In this document: positions 1 through 10,800 of the stretch, in pieces | How positions within the stretch are numbered: the stretch's first letter is position 1 | Layout: each line of letters starts with the position of its first letter | From: an uncultured bacterium | GTDB taxonomy: Bacteria; Eisenbacteria; RBG-16-71-46; CAIMUX01 | Direction of reading: 5' to 3' | DNA: 64,000 nucleotides | Assembly (NCBI GenBank): GCA_964631125.1 | Contig: CAZVYN010000005.1 | Span: 34,230 to 98,229 of the forward strand | Translations under genes and position numbers: made by a program | Notes under the pieces: model-generated | Seen by the model: the letters and a program-made list of their open reading frames with translations, nothing else | Told to the model about the DNA's origin: nothing | The model's database searches: none

Positions 1-99
1 CTCGGCGGGGACCTGAGGGGCATCCTTGCCCATCCCATAAAGTCAAGGGCACGGCCGTTTGGAGCGGCCGTGCCCTTTACCCAACCGTAGGTCGCTGGA

Positions 100-720
100 C
101 TACTTACGGCCCATCCGGTCCGCCATGGCCTGCTCGATGGACGTCTTCACGGTCATCGTCGTCGCCTTGGCCGCGTTGGCCTTCCGCTGAGCTTCGAGGA
201 ACTTGCCGTTGGTGAAAGCCGTGTTCGCCTCTACCAAAGCCTGCTCGGCGCCAGCGATGTCAGCCTTGTACGCCTCGATGTCCTGCATGCTGCCCTTGCC
301 CTTGGGGGCCTTGTCCAACATGTCCTTGGTCTCGGTGATGAGCGCCGAAACCTCGGCCATCATCGCGTTGACCTCGGTCTTGACCTGGTCCTTGCGAGCG
401 TTGGCGTCCGCCAGAGCCTTGTCGGCCTTGGCCTTCGCGTCGGCCGCGAGCACCGTCGACTGCTTGTAAGACCGGAACAACGCGAACTTCTTCTCCTGCG
501 CCGCCAACTCGGCGTCGAGCGCGGCCTTCGCCGTTTGGGCGTCGCGGAGCGAAGCCTGCGCGTAGTCCGACGCTTCCGCCTGCGTGGCGGCCGCAAGCGA
601 CGCCATCGCACCGTCGATATCGGTTTGTGGCGGCTTCGCGCAGCCAGCCATCAAAGAAAGGATGACGACACACGCGAAGGGTGCCAACCAGTTGCCGAAG
701 CCCCTCCTCACACGGTCCAT
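100..720 (-). CDS. Putative lipoprotein, Ala/Lys/Gln-rich coiled-coil (DUF4398-like)
   Basis: 206-aa ORF. N-terminal signal with lipobox-like LMAGC. Rest is low-complexity helical repeat (AKAALDAELAAQEKK...). No enzymatic motif. Confidence 0.6.
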   Translation of the reverse strand: MDRVRRGFGNWLAPFACVVILSLMAGCAKPPQTDIDGAMASLAAATQAEASDYAQASLRDAQTAKAALDAELAAQEKKFALFRSYKQSTVLAADAKAKADKALADANARKDQVKTEVNAMMAEVSALITETKDMLDKAPKGKGSMQDIEAYKADIAGAEQALVEANTAFTNGKFLEAQRKANAAKATTMTVKTSIEQAMADRMGRK

Positions 721-928
721 GATCAGAACCTCCTTGAGATTCCCTGCTCTGCGAATCCCTCTGCGGATGACACCCCCCCAGCTAAAAGTGTGGCGAGTGC
801 CCGGGGGTTACACTCGGCCCGCGGGATGATACACGAAGGCGCGCGCCTGTCCAGTGATCGAAGCGATGTGATTCAGGCGACTCTGGAACGACTCAACACC
901 GCTGCGGGTAACCAGTTGAGCCGCCAGT

Positions 929-1735
929 TCAATTGACCGGGCCGCCGGTCACGATCGGCTCGTGTGCGGGAAGTACAAGCAACCGCGTGTCGGGAGGGAG
1001 CGCGCGGTAGAGCGATTTCGCCTCGTCGGGGGCCAGGACGATCCGAAGGCGAACCCGATCTCCTCGCTGGGAATCGACGGCCGAGACGAGATCGGCCCAC
1101 CAAGATCCCAAAATCCGGCCGACCGATTGGTGCGGTTTGATGGAGTCGGTTCCCGCCGGGAACCGCACCTCGAGGGAGAGTCCGCCGTCATAGCGAACGT
1201 GATAGCGGTGCGGGACCGGGTACAACTGTTCGGGCGTGAGCGGCACCCCGAAGGATCGCTGCACCGAGTCCGCGTAGGCGGTATCGCCCAGCGTCGTGAT
1301 CGTCAATTCGGATCGCTGTTTCTGCCGCGGTGGATCCAGATTGCCGAGTTCCCAGACTCGGCCCTGCCACTCCGGCGGCAGCGCGCGCGGACGGAAGAGC
1401 ATCCGCGGGATCCCCACCTCCATGCCGAGTAGGTGGTACTGCTGCAAGAGAGCGCCCTTGAACCTCAGATCAAGCAGCGAACTCGCGGGATCCAACTCCA
1501 GGTAGAACGTGTCGCTCGTCGCGAGTTCGTAGCGACTCTGCAGAATCTGCGTCTCGCGCTGGAGCCGCGCCACTTGTTCGCGCGTCGGCGGCGTGCTCTT
1601 CCCGCGGTCGCCAGATTGCGCTCGCGTCGAAGACGGGGCCAGTAGGATCCAGGCGACGAGGAGGAGCGTCGCTCCTGCGCCGAGGAGCCCGGAAATTCTC
1701 GCTGACGATTTTCGATCATGGGTCGCTCGGGACAT
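929..1735 (-). CDS. Hypothetical membrane-anchored/secreted protein
   Basis: Track ORF 929..1789. Start moved to M19 (MSRATHDRK...) because a hydrophobic segment (LLGAGATLLLVAWILLAP) follows and a GAGG lies upstream. No recognisable family. Confidence 0.45.
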   Translation of the reverse strand: MSRATHDRKSSARISGLLGAGATLLLVAWILLAPSSTRAQSGDRGKSTPPTREQVARLQRETQILQSRYELATSDTFYLELDPASSLLDLRFKGALLQQYHLLGMEVGIPRMLFRPRALPPEWQGRVWELGNLDPPRQKQRSELTITTLGDTAYADSVQRSFGVPLTPEQLYPVPHRYHVRYDGGLSLEVRFPAGTDSIKPHQSVGRILGSWWADLVSAVDSQRGDRVRLRIVLAPDEAKSLYRALPPDTRLLVLPAHEPIVTGGPVN

Positions 1736-1824
1736 CTCGCTCGAACCTCGGGTGCATCCGCCGTGCTCGCGTTGAAGGGTCCGCAGCATAGCCTGTGCTC
1801 TTGCTGCCGCCGGAGGGCTTTCCT

Positions 1825-3144
1825 ATGCTGCCCAGGATGAGCGCTCCAAACCCCGCCGCGCTCGGCGAGCCGATTGGCGCCACGTTGCCCCTCTGGTCGG
1901 TCGCTCCGTTCGTGGCTCTCATTCTCGGAATCGCCTTACTGCCGCTGTTCGCTCACCACTGGTGGGAGCGGTCGCGCAATCAGTTTCTGATCGCCGTCGG
2001 GCTGGCGGCGCCGGTCGGGGTCGCGTTCTGGTTCCTCGATCGACACGCGCTCGAACACGCGCTCGTCGAATACCTCGCCTTCATCGCCTTGCTCGGGAGT
2101 CTGTTCACCGTTTCCGGCGGTATCGCCCTCTCCGGCAAGTTGCGCGCGACCCCGCTCAGCAATACGTTGCTGCTCCTCGTCGGCGCCGTCGTCGCAAACG
2201 TGATCGGCACCACCGGCGCGTCGATGCTGCTCATCCGCCCGTTCCTCGAAATGAACGCCGAGCGAGAGCGGCGTACGCACCTGCCGATCTTCTTCATTTT
2301 CTTGGTCAGCAACATCGGCGGATGTCTCACCCCGATCGGCGATCCGCCGCTCTTCCTCGGCTACCTGCGCGGAGTACCGTTCACCTGGACGCTCTCGCTG
2401 TTTCCAGAATGGCTCTTCTGCCTGGCATTCGTCCTGGTCGTGTTCTATGCATTGGACGTCCGGGCATTCCGGCTCGATGGCGGAATCCCGCTGGCCGCGA
2501 AGGGTCAACCCACGGAGCGCATTCGGCTCCTCGGGCGCCACAATCTCGTCTTCCTCGCACTCCTCGTGGGAGCGGTGTTCCTCCCTGAGTTCCTCCGCAT
2601 CGCAGCGATGGGCGCCATCGCGCTGGCGAGCCTCTCGCTGACCAACCGAGCGATCCGAGAGCGAAACATGTTCAGTTTCGGGCCGATCCGCGAGGTCGCG
2701 ATCCTCTTCTTCGGGATCTTCGTCACGCTCGTGCCCGCGCTCCTGATCCTCGAAGCGCGAGGTGACCAGATGGGGCTGACCCGACCGTGGCAGTTCTTCT
2801 GGCTGACCGGTGTCCTGTCGTCATTCCTCGACAACGCGCCCACCTATGTCGCGTTCACCTCGATCGCGCTCTCGACGGTAGGGGTCGCCGGAACCGCGGA
2901 CGCGTTGCGCCCCCTCGCCGCACTGGTCGACCACGACACGGGCGTTCGACTCCTCCAGGCGATCAGCCTGGGCGCCGTCTTCATGGGGGCGAACACCTAC
3001 ATCGGAAACGGTCCGAACTTCATGGTCCGAGCGATCACAGAGAGTCGAGGAACTCGCATGCCCAGTTTCTTCGGATACATGGCATGGTCAGGGGCGATCC
3101 TGATCCCGTGCTTCGTCCTCGTGACGCTGCTGTTCTTCCGTTAG
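1825..3144 (+). CDS. Ion-transporter superfamily permease (ArsB/NhaD-like)
   Basis: About 12 predicted TM segments. Motifs SNIGGCLTPIGDPPLFLGY and GANTYIGNGPNFMV are typical of the ArsB/NhaD/CitMHS fold. Start placed at the in-frame ATG (M11) preceded by GGAGGG; the track starts at GTG 1795. Confidence 0.6.
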   Translation: MLPRMSAPNPAALGEPIGATLPLWSVAPFVALILGIALLPLFAHHWWERSRNQFLIAVGLAAPVGVAFWFLDRHALEHALVEYLAFIALLGSLFTVSGGIALSGKLRATPLSNTLLLLVGAVVANVIGTTGASMLLIRPFLEMNAERERRTHLPIFFIFLVSNIGGCLTPIGDPPLFLGYLRGVPFTWTLSLFPEWLFCLAFVLVVFYALDVRAFRLDGGIPLAAKGQPTERIRLLGRHNLVFLALLVGAVFLPEFLRIAAMGAIALASLSLTNRAIRERNMFSFGPIREVAILFFGIFVTLVPALLILEARGDQMGLTRPWQFFWLTGVLSSFLDNAPTYVAFTSIALSTVGVAGTADALRPLAALVDHDTGVRLLQAISLGAVFMGANTYIGNGPNFMVRAITESRGTRMPSFFGYMAWSGAILIPCFVLVTLLFFR

Positions 3145-3170
3145 GCCACCGCACAACCCGAGGTGACTGC

Positions 3171-3881
3171 TTGAGCGATCTCGATCCAGCGACAACCCCT
3201 CCGCCACCGGAGGTCGAACAGGAGCCCGCCTGGTACTACTTGCGGGCCGATCAGACGCTCGGTCCGGTCAGCGGGCGCTCGCTCCAAGCGTGGCTGGAGT
3301 CCGGCTTCCTCTCGAATTCGTCGCTCGTCTGGCGCGACGGGATGTCGGGCTGGGCCCCGATTTCCGACATCGATCTGACGCCTGGAACCTGGGACGCGAG
3401 TCGTTCTCGTTTGGTCGCATCGAGCTCCGCCGAAGGCGAATCGCCGAACCCCGACGCGCTCACCGCGCGACGCTACGCAAGTTTCTGGCGAAGGCTCGCC
3501 GCCTACATCATCGACAACTTGATCTTGGCCTGCGCGCTACTCCTGGCGCTCTTTCCGCGGATGGTGGGCGAGGTGCGCGACCCTGAAGCGCTTTCTCGCG
3601 ATCCCGTCCTGCTCTTGTCGTCGCTCGTACTCTCGTTCGCGTACTTCGTCATCTGGGAGAGCTCGGCTTGGCAGGCGACCCCGGGGAAGCGGATCTTGCG
3701 CATCCGCGTGACCGACCTCGCGGGCCGTCGGCTCAGTTTCTTCCACGCGTCGGTTCGCCACTTGGGAAAGATCGCCTCGAGTCTCACCTTCTATCTGGGT
3801 TTCTTGATGGCGGCCTTCACTGCGCGTCGGCAGGCGCTCCACGATCTGCTCTCGGGCTGTGTCGTCCTCCAGGATCCGTAG
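3171..3881 (+). CDS. RDD family membrane protein with N-terminal DUF4339/GYF-like domain
   Basis: C-terminal RRYASFWRRLAAYIIDNLIL plus two TM segments is the RDD signature. N-terminal WYY...G..SG...Q.W...G.....LVWRDGMSGW matches DUF4339. Track ORF 2787..3881 begins inside the upstream transporter gene. TTG at 3171 after AGGTGA is the first plausible start after the transporter stop. Confidence 0.5.
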   Translation: MSDLDPATTPPPPEVEQEPAWYYLRADQTLGPVSGRSLQAWLESGFLSNSSLVWRDGMSGWAPISDIDLTPGTWDASRSRLVASSSAEGESPNPDALTARRYASFWRRLAAYIIDNLILACALLLALFPRMVGEVRDPEALSRDPVLLLSSLVLSFAYFVIWESSAWQATPGKRILRIRVTDLAGRRLSFFHASVRHLGKIASSLTFYLGFLMAAFTARRQALHDLLSGCVVLQDP

Positions 3882-3916
3882 TCGGCCGGTTTTGGCTGGG
3901 GCGGCGTCGGGGTGCG

Positions 3917-4921
3917 TTAGCGCGAGTGTCTGCCGCGCGTCAGCAAGAAGACGAGGAACGGCGCTCCGCAGATCGAGGTGATCGCGCCGACGGGCAGCTC
4001 CTGAGGGGCCAGGAGCGAGCGGGCCGCCGCATCGGCGCCGACGACCAGGGCGCCTCCCAGCATGGCGCTCGCTGGGATCACGAATCGATGGTCCGCGGTG
4101 CGTAAGGCTGATCGCGCGATGTGCGGAACCATCAGGCCGACGAACCCGATCACCCCCGCCACGGCGACGGAGCCGGCCGCGAGCAACGAAGAGTGGACCA
4201 GCGTCCAACGTTGCACCTGGCGAACGGGGGAACCGAGGCTCTGGGCCACTTCGTCTCCCCAGAGCAGGACATTCAGATCTCGCGCCAACCACAGCGCGTG
4301 CGCGGAACAGGCAAGGACGAGGACCCCGAGCAGACACACCGACGGCCATTTCGCGTGTCCGAAGCTACCCAACATCCAGAAGAGCGAAGCGGTCGCGCCA
4401 TCCGGCGCCTGCACGAGCAAGAGCGAGGTGACCGAGGAGAGCACCGATCCGACCGCGATCCCCACCAAGAGCAGGCCCTCGGAACGCACGGAACGGACCG
4501 CGCGCGCGAGGGCGTAGACGACCAGGACGGCGCCCAATCCTCCGACGAACGCCGCGGGAACTCGAAGAGCGAGCCCTCCCGCCAATCCACTCGCGAGTCC
4601 GGGGATGGCGCCGACCGCCACGACGGCGCAGCCCGCTCCGGCGCTCACGCCAACCGTGTACGGGCCGGCCATCGGATTCTGGAAGAACGCCTGCAGGAGC
4701 GCGCCACTGACCGACAGCGCGGCGCCGACGAGGACCGCGAGTGCGACGCGCGGCGCGCGGATCTCACGGATCAGTTGAGTCGTCGAGTCGTCGGGCGTGG
4801 CGCGTACGATCGCGCGCCAGACTGCATCTGGCGGAACGGACACGGCACCGACCAGCAGACCAAACAGCGACATCGCGATCATGACGAGAAGGGCGCAGAA
4901 CAATACTGCCGGGGGCTTCAC
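3917..4921 (-). CDS. FecCD-family ABC transporter permease (iron-siderophore/cobalamin type)
   Basis: Polytopic membrane protein with the family-typical Gly/Ala-rich helices (AGPYTVGVSAGAGCAVVAV, LLTRGRHSR C-terminus). Start set to GTG (V42 of the track ORF), which forms a GTGA overlap with the upstream SBP stop. Confidence 0.8.
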   Translation of the reverse strand: MKPPAVLFCALLVMIAMSLFGLLVGAVSVPPDAVWRAIVRATPDDSTTQLIREIRAPRVALAVLVGAALSVSGALLQAFFQNPMAGPYTVGVSAGAGCAVVAVGAIPGLASGLAGGLALRVPAAFVGGLGAVLVVYALARAVRSVRSEGLLLVGIAVGSVLSSVTSLLLVQAPDGATASLFWMLGSFGHAKWPSVCLLGVLVLACSAHALWLARDLNVLLWGDEVAQSLGSPVRQVQRWTLVHSSLLAAGSVAVAGVIGFVGLMVPHIARSALRTADHRFVIPASAMLGGALVVGADAAARSLLAPQELPVGAITSICGAPFLVFLLTRGRHSR

Positions 4922-5925
4922 GATCGCCGCGTCCGGCGGGGCACTTTCGGGCGCGGCAGGTCCGGCTGCGTACACGCGGCGAGCTTCTCCAGCGCATCGA
5001 GCGACCGCGGGCCCGGGCGCATGAGCGTTGCGGAGGGGAGGCAACAGATCCGTGACTCGCGCACGGCACGGAGGTTTCCCATCCCTGGCTCAGACGCGAA
5101 CCGTGCGAGGGCGTCGGCTTCGCTCATCCCGTCGGGCAACGCAAGGAGCAACAGGTCCGGATTCGCGGTCAGGACCGCCTCGGGCGAGTAGCGAGGCCAG
5201 GCTTCCGCGCCCGTGACCGCGTTCGTTCCTCCCGCGAGTCGGATGAGGTCGTCCACATGCGAACCGGGTCCGGCCGACCAGCCCAAGTTCTCCGGATCGA
5301 CGAACAGAACAGTAGGACGAGTCGACTCGGGTATCGAATCGGACCACGCGCGGAAGGCGCGGAGTTCGTTCCAGAACCTCTGGATCAGTTGGTTGGCCTT
5401 TTCGGGATCGTTCGGCCCGACGACGGCCGCGAGGGTCGAGACCATTCGCCGGACACCCTCGAGGTCAGTGCGGTCGTCGAGGGCGAAGACGCTCAGCCCT
5501 AGTGCGCGCAGTCGATCGATCGTCTCGAGCGGATTTCCGCGAGTGACGAGCACGAGGTCCGGTCGACTCCGTTGGATCGCTTCCAGCGATGGGTCGACGA
5601 TCCCTCCGATCTGCGGACAGTTTTTCGCTTGCTCGGGATAGTCACAGTACCGGGTGACCCCCACGATGCGACCACGGGCGACGCCCAGCGCGAACAGACT
5701 CTCGGTCAGGCTCGGAGAGAGTGAGATGATCCGATCGGGGTAGCGCTCGGCCGCCAGCGTGTCGCCGAGGGCATCGACCAGGGCGGCGTGCCCGCCGTTG
5801 GGAGCGAGCTCTGCCGCCGACTGCGCCGACGTCGGTCTACCCGACAGACTGAACGCCAGCGCCGCGAGACAGCAGAACCCCGACAACCAAAGACGCCACG
5901 TCTCGACGCTCCGTTCGTACCTCAC
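4918..5925 (-). CDS. ABC transporter periplasmic substrate-binding protein (BtuF/FhuD-like, class III)
   Basis: Contains RIISLSPSLTESLFALG...VGVTRYCDYP...RPDLVL, the class III SBP pattern. GTG start at 5925 is preceded by a perfect AGAGGAGG and forms a GTGA overlap with the ATPase stop. A hydrophobic signal segment (WLSGFCCLAALAFSL) follows the start. Confidence 0.8.
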   Translation of the reverse strand: MRYERSVETWRLWLSGFCCLAALAFSLSGRPTSAQSAAELAPNGGHAALVDALGDTLAAERYPDRIISLSPSLTESLFALGVARGRIVGVTRYCDYPEQAKNCPQIGGIVDPSLEAIQRSRPDLVLVTRGNPLETIDRLRALGLSVFALDDRTDLEGVRRMVSTLAAVVGPNDPEKANQLIQRFWNELRAFRAWSDSIPESTRPTVLFVDPENLGWSAGPGSHVDDLIRLAGGTNAVTGAEAWPRYSPEAVLTANPDLLLLALPDGMSEADALARFASEPGMGNLRAVRESRICCLPSATLMRPGPRSLDALEKLAACTQPDLPRPKVPRRTRRS

Positions 5926-6788
5926 GTGTGAGCCTCCTCTTTGTTGCTTCTCGTCGGGGCTCCGAGGCGCCAGACAATGCGGCGTTTTCCCGTTCTGAGA
6001 TCTCGCGTGACATCCACGGGCGTCCCGAAGACTTCGGAGAGAATTTCTTCGCGCAAGACTTCGTCGCCGTCGCCGGCCACCACGAGTCGACCTTGGTCGA
6101 GCAGGACCAAACGATCGCAATAGTGCGCCAACAGATCCAGGTGATGGTCCGCCACGACGACGGTGCAACGGGCGGCTCGCGTCAGCGCGTGCAGACGATC
6201 GTAGATCTCGCGTTGATACTTCAGGTCGAGGTTCGCCACCGGCTCGTCGAGCAAGAGGATCGAGGCCTCCTGGACCAGTGCGCGAGCGATCGCCGCGCGC
6301 TGCCACTCACCCCCGCTCAGGCTCTCGACCGCCCGGTCGCCCAGCGCCCCGAGGTCCAGCCGAGCGATCGCCGATTCGATCGCTCGCGTGTCCGCGGGCC
6401 GGTCCGGCCACCAGCCGCGGGTGTGTGGATGGCGCCCGGTCGCGACCATCTCACGGACCGTCCAAGGAAAACTGCCCTCCATGCGCTGGGGGAGCCACGC
6501 GATTCGCCTCGCTCGTTCGGACGCCGTGACCGTGCGGATCGATCGGACACCGTCCAAGATCACATCTCCACGTGCCGGCTTCAGTAGTCCCGCCAACAAT
6601 CGCAGAAGGGTGGACTTCCCGGCCCCGTTCGGTCCCAGGACCCCGATCAGCTCGGAGTCGTGGATCGTGAGGTGGGAGATCTGGAGACTGGGCTTGTCCC
6701 CGTACCGAAACTCGAGGTCTTTGGCGGCAAGAACTTGCGTTCCGGTCGTCCTCCGCAGAGAAGCGGGATTGTAACCATCCGACGACAT
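5922..6788 (-). CDS. ABC transporter ATP-binding protein (FecE/BtuD-like)
   Basis: Walker A GPNGAGKST, signature LSGGEWQR, Walker B ILLLDEP and H-loop are all present. Confidence 0.9.
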   Translation of the reverse strand: MSSDGYNPASLRRTTGTQVLAAKDLEFRYGDKPSLQISHLTIHDSELIGVLGPNGAGKSTLLRLLAGLLKPARGDVILDGVRSIRTVTASERARRIAWLPQRMEGSFPWTVREMVATGRHPHTRGWWPDRPADTRAIESAIARLDLGALGDRAVESLSGGEWQRAAIARALVQEASILLLDEPVANLDLKYQREIYDRLHALTRAARCTVVVADHHLDLLAHYCDRLVLLDQGRLVVAGDGDEVLREEILSEVFGTPVDVTRDLRTGKRRIVWRLGAPTRSNKEEAHT

Positions 6789-6807
6789 CGCTAAGCTTCG
6801 TCAATCA

Positions 6808-7242
6808 ATGAAGACACTCGCCTCACGAACGTTCGGCGACCGCAGGCGTCGCCCGACACCTATCTTCAGCCGCTTCATATGGTTCGGCGGACGCCGGAAA
6901 ACCGTTCGTCGGCTCTCCGACCCGCTCGCTGTCTACGTGGACCGTCCGTCGCCGGCCACAACCTGGGCGGTCATGGCGATCTTCGGCCTCCACTGCCTCG
7001 ACGCCATCTTCACGCTTCTCCACCTCGAACGTGGGGGGAGGGAGCTGAACCCGGTCATGGACTACTTCATACGGCAGGGCGCCGGTTCGTTTCTGACGGC
7101 CAAACTAGGAATGGCCGGACTCGGCCTGTTCTTCCTAGGTATCCACCAGAACTTCCCATTCGTGCGAACCTCTCTCGCCGGGCTCTTCGTGGTTTTTTCT
7201 GTGCTCGTCGGCTACCACTTCCTCCTGATCTACCTCTCTTGA
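6808..7242 (+). CDS. Small hypothetical membrane protein
   Basis: 144-aa ORF with 3 predicted TM helices in the C-terminal half. The N-terminus is Arg-rich, so the true start may be internal (MAIFGLH...). No family recognised. Confidence 0.35.
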   Translation: MKTLASRTFGDRRRRPTPIFSRFIWFGGRRKTVRRLSDPLAVYVDRPSPATTWAVMAIFGLHCLDAIFTLLHLERGGRELNPVMDYFIRQGAGSFLTAKLGMAGLGLFFLGIHQNFPFVRTSLAGLFVVFSVLVGYHFLLIYLS

Positions 7243-7269
7243 TCCCTCCCGGCAGTGGACCCCGCCTAC

Positions 7270-7872
7270 CTAGTTGCCACTCCCGGTCGCGGGCGTCGTG
7301 GCGGGCTGGCCGAAGCTGACACGCGGCGCCTGCGAGGCTTCCGGCGGGGCGTCGAACAGCCTGGCGGCCTCGAAGCCGAACATCCCCGCCACTAGGTTGT
7401 TCGGGAAGGACCGGCGCCGAACGTTGTAGGTCTGGACGACGTCGTTGTACCGCTTGCGCTCCGTGGAGATGCGATTCTCCGTGCCGGCGAGTTCGTCTTG
7501 CAGGGCGAGGAAGTTCTGGTTCGCCTTGAGGTCCGGATATCGCTCGACGACGACGAGAAGTCGCGAGAGAGCGCCGGAGAGTTGGTTGTTGGCTTCGATC
7601 GACTCTTCGGGCGTTCCTGCGCCGGCCACTCTCGACCGCGCGTTCACGACGGCTTCGAGCGTCTCCCGCTCGTGCGCCGCGTAGCCCTTCACTGTCTCGA
7701 CCAGATTCGGGATGAGATCGAGCCGGCGCTGGAGCACGTTCTCCACCTGGGCCCACGCCGTCTTCACCCCTTCGTCGCCCTGGACCAATCCGTTGTACGC
7801 GCCGCGGAGCCAGCCTCCGAGTACGACCACCAGCAGAACCAATCCGATCGCGATCAGGCCACCGAGTTTCAT
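7270..7872 (-). CDS. lemA: LemA family protein
   Basis: N-terminal TM followed by the conserved LemA core (QVENVLQRRLDLIPNLVETVKGYAAHERETLEAVVNAR...ERYPDLKANQNFLALQDEL). Overlaps the ileS stop by 4 nt. Confidence 0.85.
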   Translation of the reverse strand: MKLGGLIAIGLVLLVVVLGGWLRGAYNGLVQGDEGVKTAWAQVENVLQRRLDLIPNLVETVKGYAAHERETLEAVVNARSRVAGAGTPEESIEANNQLSGALSRLLVVVERYPDLKANQNFLALQDELAGTENRISTERKRYNDVVQTYNVRRRSFPNNLVAGMFGFEAARLFDAPPEASQAPRVSFGQPATTPATGSGN

Positions 7873-10800
7873 CTGTTCCTTTCTGCCGCCGGCCGCTCCT
7901 GCGACTCGACTCGACGCACTCCCACGATCACAACGAGCCCGTCGTCCACTTCGACCTCTTGTTGCTGGTCGAAGCTCAGCGCGCCCGCGGTCGACTCTCG
8001 CGCTGAAGCCAGGTCCAATCGATCCGCCAGCGTCTCACGACGGATGTATTCGCCATGAGCGAGCGTGACCTCGCCCACCCTCGGATCCTCGGTCAGCAAG
8101 AAGACCACGATCCGCTGATCGACGCGATAGTTCGCTTGCTTCCGCAGCTCCTGGATCGCGCGGACGATCTCCCTCGCGTAGCCTTCGCGACGCAGGTCAT
8201 CCGAGACGGTCGGATCCAGGATCACGACGAGGTCGCGCCCGCCGGCCGCGACGAGACCATCGCGCCCCTCGTACGTGAGTTCGTACTCCTCCGGGCTCAG
8301 CCTCTCGTGGCCGACGATGAGATTGCGCTCTCCGTCGATCCGCCACTCGCCGGCCTTCGCAAGTCGGGCCACTTCCTTCATCTCTTCGCCGAGGCGAGCG
8401 CCCAGGACCGGGAAGTTCAGTTTCACGTGGCGATCGGTCAGTCGCGAAAGGTCGCCCGTGGTGAGAACTTCCCGGACATTCAGCTCTTCGGCGAGATCGC
8501 CGAGCAGGTCGTCGGCCAAGACCCTTTCCGACGGATCCGCGCTCGCGGCGCGCGGATTCAACACCCAGATTCGCGGAAGCGGCTGACGGACCTTTATCTG
8601 CACCTTTTCCCGGGCGGACCGGCCGAGGCGGACCGCCGCGAGAAGTCGCTCGATGCGAGTATTCAACTCCGCGTCGATCAACTCGAAGCGGGGCTTCGGA
8701 TACGGCCGCAAGTGCACGCTCTCCGGCCAGAGCCGGGCTCGCGGCGCGTCGGCGCCGGCCGACTCCGACTCGATTCGCTCCTTCTCCCGCTGTCCCGCGC
8801 TCAAGTTACGATAGATCTCCTCGGAGAGAAACGGCGTGATCGGCGCCAGCAGCTCCACCAAGGTAAGGAGCACGTGATGGAGCGTTCGATAGGTGAACGC
8901 CTTGTCGAGATCGGCGCTCGACTTCCAGCAACGCCGCCGAGACCGTCGCACGTACCAGGTCGAGAGGCCGTCGATGAACTCTTCGGTGCGTCGCACCGCC
9001 GAGAGCGTATCGAATTCTTCCAACCCGCGACCGAGGTCCGCTGCGAGTTGATGCAGCTCCGAGAGAATCCAACGATCGAGCGGATTGACGCTCTGTCCCA
9101 AGGTCTCCTCGATCGGATCGGTCGTCGGATCGAATCCGTCGAGTTCGGCATAGGTGACGAAGAAGCCGTAGACGTTCCAGAGCGTGAGGATCTTCCGCCG
9201 GACGTCGTCGGCCGCCTTGTAGCCGAAGCGCAGATTCATCGAAGGGTTGTAGCCACAGTAGAGCCAGCGCATGACGTCGGCGCCCATCTTCTCCACCGCA
9301 ACATCGAACCAGATGGCGTTGCCCGATGACTTGTGCATCGGCTTGCCCTTCTCGTCGTACACCTTTTCGTGGGACAAGACGGTCCGATACGGCGCGCGCC
9401 CGTCGAGCGTCACCGCCGCGAACATCATGGCGTAGAACCAGAGTCGCACCTGTTCCCGCATCTCGCAGACGAACTCGGCGGGATACCACCGCTCCCACTG
9501 AGCTCGGTCCTCGAGATAGCCGAGGGTCGAGAAGCAGACGATGCCGGCGTCGAGCCAACAGTCGCCGACGTCCTTCACCCGCCGCGCAATCTTGCCGCTG
9601 ACCGGCGAGACGATCTCGATCTCATCGATCCAGGGTCGGTGCAGCTCCGGCAGCGCGTCGACCTTCGCCGGGTCGACCGCCAGTTCACGCAATCGCTCCC
9701 GGCTGCCGACCACGACCAACTCGCCGTCGTCGGTGAAATAGAACGGCAGCGGAAGGCCCCAGTAGCGCTTTCGGGAGATGCACCAATCTCCCATGTTCGT
9801 GTACCAGTCCTTCGTCCGCTTTCCGACCGACTCCGGGATCCAGCGCACCTGCTCGGCCTGCGCCATCATGAGCGGCCGGATCTCGTCACAGCGGATGAAC
9901 CATTCACGTTCGATCCGAAAGACGAGCTTCTCTTTGCATCGCCAACAGAATGGGTAGCGATGCTTGTAGCTCTCCTGCCGAAAGAACAGGCCCTTCTGCT
10001 TCAGGTCCTGCAGGACCGATTTCTCGACGTGGTGCACATCCTGTCCCGTGAGAAATCCGAAGCCGGGCTCATAGATGCCCGCCCCGTCGATCGGCGCGAT
10101 CAGCGGCAGACCCAGGTCCTTGCCGAGCTGGAAGTCCTCCGCCCCGCAGCCGGGCGCGATATGCACGATCCCGGTCCCGTCGGTTTCTCCGACTTCCGAC
10201 CAAGCGATGACCTGATGGGCCGCGGCGGCTTCGTTCGCGGCCGGCAGGTCGTCGTAGGGGCCGAGATAGCGCCGACCCACCAGGGCCGCCCCCTTCACGG
10301 TCTCGAGAACCTCGCCTTCCTTCTTGAACAGCTTCTCTCGCGTGCCCGCGCTGGCGTAGTAGACATGCTCGCCCTGGCGCACCTTGACGTAGTCCAGCTC
10401 GGGATTCACCGCGGCCGCGACGTTCGCCGGGAGCGTCCACGGAGTCGTCGTCCAGACGAGCAGCGATTCTCCGGATTCTCGAACCGAGCCCTGCTCACCC
10501 GACTCGTCGAGCAGCGGAAAACGGAGATAGACCGACTCATCGATCGTATCGTCATAGCCATCGGCCAGTTCATGCTGAGAGAGCGAGGTCCCGCACCGAG
10601 TACACCACGGCATGGAACGCGCCGCCCGATAGAGCCAGCCCTTCTCGTGCGTTTTCTCCAAGAAATGCCAGATGTACTCGATGTTCCGGTCGGTCATCGT
10701 GTAGTAGGAATCGTCCCACCGCATCCACTGACCGAGGCGGATCGATTGCTCGGTCTGGACTTTGGAGAACTTCTCGACTCGCGCTCGGCAGGCGCGGGAG

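Noticed and set aside
2787-3170. Upstream extension of the RDD-protein ORF
   Set aside because: It overlaps the 3' end of the transporter gene, and its Arg/Gly/Pro-rich translation has no homology-like features.
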